From NCBI RefSeq assembly GCF_009914755.1, contig NC_060934.1: a stretch of 64,000 bases of DNA; one strand, 5' to 3'. A program made the position numbers and the translations under genes. Source of the stretch: the human T2T-CHM13v2.0 reference genome, Homo sapiens. Shown one piece after another: positions 53,351 through 64,000 of this stretch. Position 1 is the first letter of the stretch. Each line of letters starts with the position of its first letter. The notes below the pieces were generated by a model, which had not been told where the DNA came from, made no database searches, and saw only the letters and a list, made by a program, of their open reading frames with translations.

Positions 53351-54211
53351 TTAGAACAACTTTATAAGAGTTGCAGCAATATATCCAAGGTCCTTCATAC
53401 AGGGCTAGAGGCGCTAATACATTTCATATGATATAGAAACTAAAATGTAATCTAACTTTATAGATCAGTATATCAATGAAACACTATTATTAATTAGTGC
53501 ACACTAAAGTTTAGCCTTATTAATATATTATATAAACCTGTGTTTTGGAAAACGGTGTTTCAAGTTCAATTTGGATTCTATAGATAAACCATTATTACTG
53601 AACAGTATGTTTCATCTTTAGAAAGACATGAATAATTGTGTAAAAATAAACATTAGCAAGGAAAGATCATAGCTACTTTACTAATCATAAGTGAAATGAG
53701 ACTTCTCTACCCATGCTTATGAAAGAATCAGAGAACCCAACTTATACCACAACTATATACCTGAGCTATAGAAATTAGATTTAGAGGTCAATTAGCTTCA
53801 CTTATAGGAGTAACTTTGAAACTGCTTCTGTTATAAGCTTGTTGTTTTTCTATTAAAGTAATCTTGTCTTATGTAAACTAGACCTTGGGACATAAATATA
53901 GTAGTGATTTTACTTATTGAAATACCATATGCCAATATACCAGATGTTACACAGAAAACCTAGCAGTCAACACATTTAACAGATGTCATAGAGCCATAAT
54001 TTATCTCATGTTTAAGATTTAAAGAAAAAGTTGGGATGTTCTGCTTTCATTCTCTACCAAACTATTAGAAAAATTTATTTGAAATATTGAGATATTTAAT
54101 ATGTTTTATTTCAAAAATAATTTAAACAAATACAGAAGTACTTTGAAATAATTGAAAAATACATTTGCTTTTTGGTAATCTAACAATAAGACACATTTTT
54201 TTTCTTACTAG

Positions 54212-54393
54212 CTCATCTTTGTGGAGAAGGATGGAGTCATATTGGGGATGCTTGTCTTAGAGTCAATTCCAGTAGAGAAAACTATGACAATGCAAAACTT
54301 TATTGCTATAATCTTAGTGGAAATCTTGCTTCATTAACAACCTCAAAAGAAGTAGAATTTGTTCTGGATGAAATACAGAAGTATACACAACAG
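54212..54393 (+). CDS. ATRNL1: ATRNL1 coding exon F (182 nt, phase 1 to 0), N-terminal part of the C-type lectin domain: (A)HLCGEGWSHIGDACLRVNSSRENYDNAKLYCYNLSGNLASLTTSKEVEFVLDEIQKYTQQ
   Basis: Acceptor tttcttactag (AG 54210-11) and donor CAG|gtaaca. CTLD pattern C..GW.....C.........A..YC....GNLAS...E..FV. Confidence 0.96.
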
Positions 54394-54733
54394 GTAACAT
54401 TTCTACTTGTTTACATTATGGAAATATGCTATGATAATTTCATAATTATTTGAAATTTTTTTTTGGTTTTAATACATTATTGTTGCTAATTTTGGAAATA
54501 AAAGTGAAATTGATTTCTCAAGTGAATTGGCAGAAGACTTATTTTGTATAAGTAATAAGGTAATAAGGTTTTGTAAATTATCACTTTTTGCAGAGTAAAC
54601 CACTGTATTACCTTACCAAGAAGTGATCTTATATGAATAGATACACTTAAAGAGTATATAATTTAAGAATTATAACTGCACTTGGTATAGTGTGGCAGAA
54701 ACAATTTTTGCTGAAAACTTTTCAGAGCAATTA

Positions 54734-55065
54734 TAGTCGATCCTCTGTATCTATGGATTCTGCATTCATGGAGTCAACCAACCGCAGATGAAAAATATTT
54801 TTAAAAAGTATGGTTGTGTCTGTACTGAACATGTACATACTTTTTTTCTTCCCATTAGTCTCTAAACAATACGGCATAACAGCTATTCAATAACATTTAC
54901 ATTGTATTCAGTAATAATCTAGAGATGATTTTAAGTATATGGGAGGATATGGATAGGTTACTTGGAATACTATGCCATTTTATATTACATAAGGGGTATG
55001 ATATTTATGGATGTTAGAATCCACAAGGGACCTCCGTATCCTCCATGGATACAGAGAGATGACTA
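54734..55065 (+). mobile_element. Tigger3a/MER7A-like TcMar MITE
   Basis: TIRs tagtcgatcctctgtatc / gatacagagagatgacta; internal tcaaccaaccgcagat and gtctgtactgaacatgtaca. Confidence 0.85.
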
Positions 55066-55129
55066 TGTTACCAATTACTTGCTATATAGAAACAAGTAAT
55101 GCTTACTTGTTACAGCTTACTTTAAAGAA

Positions 55130-55320
55130 GCATTGTAGATAGCATATCAAAATGGTGGACAGCATAAAATCTGGACATATGCTTATTTCTACAACTTAGT
55201 AGCAAGTTAACATCCCTAGCTCTATGTTTCTCATGTGTAAACTGGCATAATAATCATGGCTACTTCATATGTTTATTGTGGGTAATAAATGAGATACTGC
55301 ATGTAAAGAATATAGAAAAA
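55130..55320 (+). mobile_element. MIR
   Basis: gcaagttaacatc...tttctcatgtgtaaactggcataataat...aaatgagatactgcatgtaaag. Confidence 0.7.
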
Positions 55321-56425
55321 TTTATTTTTGAGAGTTAACTTTGGTTACAATTTTTACTATTTCCATTTTAAGGGATACTATTTTTTTGTCTTTGTTCCCA
55401 CTACTGCTATTACTACTATTTCCAGGAATCATTATTTAGACAATGAATTTTTAGGTAACTAAATGAATATTTCTGGTAAATAGTTAATATTGAAACTGAT
55501 TGTGGAAAAATGTCTTAATTTTTCTATGGTAAGTACATTTTTTTGTTCAAGCTTCTATTAAAATTTATTTTATTGTCACTGAAGAATTGTATGTATTTAT
55601 GGGGTACATAATGCTGGTTTAATACATATAATGTATAGTGAGCAAATCAGGGAAATTAGCATATCCATTATGTCAAACATTTATTATCATTTACTTGTGT
55701 TGGGAACATTCAATATCCTCCTTCTAGCCATTTGAAACTATGTGATATATTATTGTTAACAATAGTCATCCTACATTATTATAGAACATTAGAACTTATT
55801 CATCTTATCGAGCTGTAATTTTCAATCCTTTAATAAATCTCTTCTTATCCCTCCCTTTCGCCTTACTCTTCCCAGCCTCTAGTACCTCTCCTCTACATTT
55901 TACTTCTATAAGATCAACTGTTTTTTTTTTTTTTTTTTTTTAGCTTCCACTTATGAATGAGAACACAGGGTGTGTAACTTTCTGGGCCTCTCTTATTTTA
56001 CTTAACAAAATGTCCTCCACTTCCATCCATGTTGCCATGAATGACAGGATTTCATTCTTTTTTAATGACTGAATATTATCCCCTTACTTATATTTACCAC
56101 ATTTTGTTTATCTATTTTTTTCTTGTTGGAAACCCAGGTTGGTTCCACATCTTGGCTATTGTGAATAGTGCTGCAATAAACATGAGAATGCAGGTATCCC
56201 ATTGATATACTGATTTTCTTTCCTTTGGATAAATGTCCAGTAGTGGGATTGCTGGAACAAATGATAGTTCTATTTGTAGTTTTCTGAGGAACTTCTATAT
56301 TGTTCTCCATAGGGGCTGTACTAATTTACATTCCCACCAACAACGTATAAGAATTCCCTTTTCTCTGCATCCTCACCAGTATTTTTTGACTTTTTGATAA
56401 TAGACATCTGGAGGTGAGATGATAG

Positions 56426-56815
<390 letters not shown>

Positions 56816-56963
56816 TGTATGTCTTCTTTTGGGAGATGTCTGTTCAGATCATTTGTTCTTTTCTAATTCAGATTGTGGTTCTTTTGCTGTTGAAATTTTT
56901 TGTTCCTTATATATTCTGGATATTAATTCCCTATCAAATGAATAGTTTACCAATATTTTCTCC

Positions 56964-57311
56964 TATTAGTCTGTTTTCATGCTGCTGATAAAGACATATC
57001 CGAGACTGGGGAGAAAAAGAGGTTTAATGGACTTACAGTTCCACATGGCTGGGGAGGCCTCAGAATCATGGCAAAAGGCAAGAAGTAGAAAGTCACATGT
57101 TACATGGATGGCAGCGGGGAAAGAGAGGGAGAGCTTGTGTAGGGGAATTCCTCTTTTTAAAACCATCAGATCTTGTGAGACTTATTCACTATCATGAGAA
57201 CAGCACAGGAAAGACCTGCCCCCATGATTCGATTACTTCCCATCAGATCCCTCCCACAACACGTGGTAATTCAAGATGAGATATGGATGGGAACACAGCC
57301 AAACCATATAA
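56964..57311 (-). mobile_element. THE1 (B/C-like) solo LTR nested in L1MA
   Basis: tattagtctgttttcatgctgctgataaagacata...acacagccaaaccatat; TSD TCTCC at 56959-63 and 57312-16. Confidence 0.92.
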
Positions 57312-58263
57312 TCTCCCTTTCTGTAGGTTGTCTTTTCACTGTGTTGTTTCCTTTGCTGTGCAGAAGCTTTTTATTTTTATTTAATACCATTTGTTTATTT
57401 TTGCTTTAGTTTCCTGTGCTTTTGAGGTCTTGTTCATAAAATCTTTTAGTAAACCCATTCCTGAAGTTTTTTCGTATGTTTTCTTCTAGCAGTTTTATTG
57501 TTTTGGGCCTTAAATTTAGTTCTTTGATCCATTTTTTTGTTGTTGTTTTTGTATAGGGTAAGAGGTGGGGGTCTAGTTTAATTCTAATGCATATAGAGAT
57601 CCAGTGTTTCTAGTACTATTTATTGAAGAGATTGTCCTTTCCCCTATGCATGTTCTTGGTGTAATTGTCAAAAATCAGCTGGCTGCAGCTATGTGAATTA
57701 TTTGTGGGTTCTCTATTCTCTTCAACTGTTGTATGTTTATGTTTTTATACCAGTACCATGCTGTTTTGTTTACTACAACTTTGTAGTGTATTTTGAAGCC
57801 TGGTAGTTTGATAGCCCTAGCTTTGTTCATTTTGCTCAGGATTGCTTTGGCTATTAGGGCTCTTTTTTGTTCCATACAGGTTTTAGGATTGCTTTTCCTA
57901 TTTCTGTGAACAATGTCATTGGTATTTTATAGGTAGTGCATTGAGTCTGTAGATTGCTTTGAGTAGCATGGTTGTTTTAACAATATTAAGTCTTCTGATC
58001 CATTTGCATGGAATGTCATTCCATTTGTTTGGATACTCTTCAATTTCTTTAATCAGTGTTTTGTAGTTTTTTTTTTTTGTAGAGGTCTTTTACCTTCTTG
58101 GTTAAATTAATTCTAAGTATTGTAAATGGTGTTACCTTCTTGATTTATTTTCCACCTAGTTTGTTGTTTGTGTATAGAAGTGCTACCGACTTTTGTGTGT
58201 TGATTTTGTAACCTGAAACTTTGCTGAATTAGTTTATCAGTACTAAGAGTTTTCTGGTAGAGT

Positions 58264-59211
<948 letters not shown>

Positions 59212-62185
59212 GAGTCTTAAGGTTTTTCTCTGTATCATGTCATCTACAAACAGGGACACTTTGACTTCTTCTGTTTCAATTTGGATGTCTTTTATTTCTT
59301 CTGTTGCCTAATTGCCCTGGCCATGGACTTACAGTGCTGTGTTAAATAATTGTGGTGAGAATGGGTATCCTTGTCTTGTTCCAATTCTTAGAAGAAAGGC
59401 TTTTAGCTTTTCCTGTTCAGTATGATGTTAGCTGTGGGTTTGTCACATATGGCCTTTATTATTTTCAGGTACATTCCTTCCTAAATAAAGGTATTTATTT
59501 ATTTATTTCCTTCCTAAATTAGGTAATTCCTATGTAAATACCTAATTTAAGTTTTTATCTTGATGAGATGTTGAATTCTGTTGAATGCTTTTGCTGCATC
59601 TATTGAGATGATTGTATGGTTTTTGTCCTTCTATCGATGTGATATTTGATGTTTATTAATTTATGTAGGTTGAACCATCCTTGTAGCCCTTGGATAAATC
59701 CTTCTTGGTCATGGTGTGTATTGTTCTGATATTGTTGGATTCATTTTGCTAGTATTTTGTTGAGCATTGTTGCATATGTTCATCATAGATATTGGCCTCT
59801 AGGTTTTTTTTTTTTTTTTTTTTAATGTCCTTGTCTGGTTTTGGTATCAGTGTTATGCTGACCTCATAGAATGAGTTAAGAAAATCCCCTCTCCTTCAGT
59901 TCTTTGAAATAATTTGAGAAGAATTGGTTTTAATTATTTTTGAAAGGTTTGGTAGAATTCAGCAGTGAAGCCTGGACTTTTCTTTGTTGTGAGACTTTTC
60001 ATCATTCATTCAAAATCATGAATTTTGTTGGTATTTTCAACTTTTCTATTTCTTTTTGGTTCAATTTCTAGGTTTCATGTGTACAGAAATTTATTCATTT
60101 CCTGTAAGTTTTCAATTTCTTGGAATATAGTTGTTTATAGTAGTCTCTAATGACCCTTTATGTTTCTGTGTTATTTTAATGTCTCCTGAATTTTCACTTC
60201 TGATTTTATTTATCTGGGTCCTCTCTCTTTCTTGTTTGGTCTAGCAAATGGTTTATCAGTTTTCTTTATTTTTTGAACAAGACCAACATTTTGTGTCATT
60301 GATCTTCTGTATTATTTTAGTCCTGATTTCATTTCAATAAAGATCATGATTGCCATGATCTTTATTTTTTTCCTTCTTCTAATTTTGGATTTTTTTTTTC
60401 TTACTTTGCTAATTCTTTGTGATGCAACATTAGGGTGTTTATTTGAAATCATTCTGTTTGTTTTTTTTGATGTAGATGTTTATTACTATAAACTTCCCTT
60501 TCAGTACTCCTTTTGCTATATCCTATAGGCTTTGGTATGTTGTGTTTCTGTTTTCAGCAGTCTCAAGTAATTTTTAAATTTCATTCTTAATTTCTTTCTT
60601 CACCCAGTGTTGAGGACTATATTGTTTAATTTCCATTTATTCACATTGTTTTGAATGTTCCTCTTTTTACTAATGTCTAGTTTTATTCCATTGTGGTCAT
60701 GTAAGATAGTTGGTATGATTTTGATTTTTAAAAATTTGTTGATATTTGCTTTGTGTCCTACCATATATGGTCATTCCTGGAGAATGTTCCACATGCTGAT
60801 GAAAAGTATGTGTATTCTTCAGTACAGTGTTCTGTAAATGTCTGTTAGATCCATTTGGTTTATGCTGCAGTTTAAATCTGATGTTTCTTTGCTGATTTTC
60901 TGTCTAGATCATCTGTCCAATGCTGAGAGCATGGTGTTGAAGTCTCCAAGTATTATTGTTTTGGGGCATATTTCTCTTTTTATATCTAATAATATTTTCC
61001 TTATGTATCTAAGTGCTCCAACATTGGGTGCATGTATATTTACAATTTATAGTCTCTTACTGAATTAATCCCTTTCTTATTGTATAATATGCTTCTTTAT
61101 CTCTTTTACAGCTTTTGAGTTAAAGTCTGCTTTGTCTGATATAAGTGTAGCTACTCCTGTTCACTTTTGCTTTCTGTTTGCATGGAATATCTTTTTTCAT
61201 CCCTTCACTTTTAGTCTATATATGTCTTTCCAGGTGAGGTAAGTTTCTCTTAGGCAGCATATTGTTAGTTATTTTTTTAAAAAATACCCTCAGACAGTCT
61301 ATATCTCTTAAGTAAGGGAATTCATTTACTTTCAAGGTTATTATTGGAAGGTGAGAATTATTCCTATCAATTTATTGGTTGTTTTCTGGTTTTCATACAT
61401 CTTTTCTTCCTTTGTATATCCTTTCTATCCTTTGTTCCTTTCTTCCTCTCTTATTATTTATTTTTGTAGTTACATGGCTTTTTGTAGTGATATGGTTTTA
61501 TTTCTTTCTCTTTCTCCTTAGTGTGTTGGCTCTACCAGTGAGTTTTATAATTTTGTATATGTTCATTATGTTGGTTATCATCTTTTCTGTTCTAGATGTT
61601 AGGCTCCTTTGAGCATTTATTGTAAGGCTAGTCTATTGGTGATTAATTTCATTAGATTTTGTCTGTGGAAGATATTATTTCTCCTTAATTTCTGAAGGAT
61701 AGCTTTTCTGGGTATAATATTTGTGGTTGACAGTTTTTTGTTTTCTTCTCAATAGTTTGAATATATCATTCCATTCCTCTTGGCCTTTATGGTTTCTGCT
61801 AAGAAATTCACTATTGCTGAAATGGGGATTTTCCTATATCTGACTTTATGCTTTTCTGTTGCTGCTTTTAGATTTCTTTCTGTTTGATTGTTGATGATTT
61901 GAGTATTGTGTGCATTGTAGAGGACCTGTATAGGCTGGATCTATTTGGTGTTCTCTAAGCTTCTTCGACCTGCATGTCCATTTCTTTCTGAAGACTTGGG
62001 AAGTTTTCAAGTGATTTATTAAATATTTCTAGACACCTGTTCCCTTCTGTTCTCTTTTGTAGTTCCTATAATACAAATAGGTTTTCACTAAATGTTTCTT
62101 GTAAATGCTGTAGGCCTTCCTCACTCCATATTCTATTTTATTTTTGTTACCTGTGTTATTTGCTTTTAAGTCCAGTGATTCTTCT

Positions 62186-62320
62186 AGCTGGGCATGGTGG
62201 TGTGAACCTGTAGTCCTAGCTACTTGGGACACTGAAGTAGGAGGATCACTTGTAAGCCCAGGAGATCGAGGCTAGCCTAGGCAACATAGCAAGATCCCAT
62301 CTCTGTTAAAAAAGAAGAAA
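62186..62320 (+). mobile_element. FLAM monomer nested in L1MA
   Basis: Single monomer (gtagtcctagctacttggg...gcccaggagatcgaggctagcctaggcaacatagc) with an A tail. Confidence 0.85.
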
Positions 62321-62939
62321 GAGTAATTATTTTTTCTGCTTAGTCAAGTCTGTGGTTGAAGCTCTCTGTTGCATTTTTAAAGTTTTATTCATTGAATTCT
62401 TCAGATCTAGGATTTATTTTGTTCTTTTTTTCTGATATCTCTGTTGTTGAATTTTTCTTCCAAATTATGAATTGTTTTTCTTATTTTGTTGAATTGTCTA
62501 TCTGTATTCTCCTATATCTCACTGAAGTTCCTTAAGATTATTTTGAATTTTCTTTCTGATATTTCATATGTTTACTTATGTTGGGTTCTATTAGTGGAGA
62601 AATATTGTTTTCCTTTGGGGATATCATGTTTTCTTTGCTTTTTCATGTTTGATGTATTCCTACATAAAATTCTTCCAATTTTATGGAGTAGGTTTTGTAT
62701 GGAAAGAATTATTAGTATGAATGGGTCTTGGGGTATTAGTTCAATGGGGTGTATTGGTATTGGTTCTAGGTAGATGAAGTAGTGTAGTCTCCATGTAGTT
62801 TCTTCAGCTATAATCCACATTAGTGACATAGTAGTGACTTTTTCAAGTGTCTTGGTAGCCTTTGCAAAGAGAGTTTGTAGCAGTGGTGATGTGGCTTTGT
62901 TGGAGAGTGTGCTCACCTTGCTGTTTCTCAGATTACGGG

Positions 62940-63600
62940 CATGTGAGTACACACAGTGGGTAGGGCAACTTGCATTCTGGCTTGCTGGGGTTGAGGTCAT
63001 AGGACTGTCACTCTTGGAGCATAGGCATGCAGTCACTTGGCTGACCTGGGGGCTTGCCTGTCAGGAACAACCTATGAGATTGGTTTTCAAGCTTAAGATG
63101 TGAGTGTATAGCTGCTCAGTTGGCCTGGAAAGATTTTTTCCAGGGTTGGCCTTTGGGGCTGTTTTTCAGGCCCAGGAGACAAGTTGAAGGCTGCTTGGCT
63201 GTCCTGGGGGCTTGCTTGCCAGGAACAACCCACAGGGCTATTTCTTAATCCCAGGATGCAGGTGCATTGCTGCTCGGCTGGCTTGGGGGAATATCTGCTG
63301 GGAGTGCCTCATGGGGTCGTGTCTCAGGCCCAGGATATGCTTATATGGCTTTCTGGCGAGCCTGTGGGTGTGCCTGCCAGGGGTGGCCTGTAGAGGTGTT
63401 TCTCAGGTGCTGGATGTGGACTCATGGCTGCTTGTATTGCCTGGAGGCATGCCCAACAGTGGCAGCCTGTGGAACTGTTTCTAGGCCCTGATTGCCAGTG
63501 CAAGGCTTTTAGGCAGGCCAAGGGCCTGCCTGGAGAGGTTGCAATGTGGCTGTTTCTCAGGCCCTGAGTGCAGGCATGTAGCCGCTCCTCTGGCCTAGGG
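62940..63600. repeat. Degenerate tandem array of about 78-80 bp monomers in the L1MA 5'UTR
   Basis: The motif gctgctcggctggcctgggg...gcctgccaggg...ggctgtttctcaggcccagga recurs at about 63020, 63100, 63180, 63258, 63339, 63416, 63493 and 63570. Confidence 0.75.
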
Positions 63601-64000
63601 GCGTATTAGCTGCACAGAGTCTCAAGGGCCTCTCCTGCTTGGGGGAGGGCATGCAATGGTTTGACTGGCTTGGCTGGCTCAAGGACCACATTGTCCTGTG
63701 TGGGACTGCCAGAACATTCCTTTGGCTCAGAAGTGCAGTGGTGGGGATTGGTTTCCCTGCTGTGTAGGACCAGAGTCACAGCCAATCCTGGACCTAGGCT
63801 CCATTCAGCTGGGGTTGTGGCATTCAGCCGCCTGTGTGGGCTTGGTGGAACGAAAATGAACTGCAGTACTGGAGAGATGCAGAGGCTACTGGACACTTGA
63901 GCAAGGTACACTCCAGAGGTGGCTCTGGTCTCAACATGGCACCATGCTGCAGCATCTTGGCTCAAGGGCTTGAGTAGGGAATGAGAAGTGCACACCTTGT

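Noticed and set aside
62940-63600. CRISPR-like repeat-spacer array
   Set aside because: The context is eukaryotic, the units are contiguous diverged monomers without unique spacers, and there are no cas genes.
62572-63995. Cluster of long overlapping ORFs on both strands as a possible small gene
   Set aside because: They lie in the GC-rich repetitive L1M 5' region, where stop codons are rare; there is no recognisable domain or splice pattern.

Overview
This is human/primate genomic DNA from inside the attractin-like 1 gene (ATRNL1, + strand). Six internal coding exons were found by hand: 9854-10008, 33152-33236, 34756-34964, 36285-36403, 49347-49479 and 54212-54393 (883 nt). All have canonical AG/GT ends and splice into one open frame (phases 2-1-2-1-0-1-0). 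They encode two kelch repeats, Cys-rich PSI modules and the start of the C-type lectin domain. The rest is intron, largely transposable elements: a full-length but ORF-disrupted antisense L1PA6-like element (21567-27720), two ERVL remnants, an internally deleted ERV1 provirus with an env remnant, a long L1MA with nested Alu/THE1/LTR9 insertions, about 15 Alu/FLAM copies, MaLR LTRs, MIR/L2 and DNA transposon fossils. Almost all ORFs in the supplied track are repeat-derived. I see no convincing new multi-gene system. The best leads are: (1) an L1 antisense promoter/ORF0 region aimed at the next ATRNL1 exon; (2) a candidate 86-nt poison exon at 12632-12717; (3) phase-symmetric exon pairs flanked by inverted Alus that would form stop-free circular ORFs; (4) a micro-inversion recorded in a MER20; (5) a twin-primed L1 insertion. 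Repeat subfamily names are from memory of consensus sequences and were not checked with RepeatMasker.
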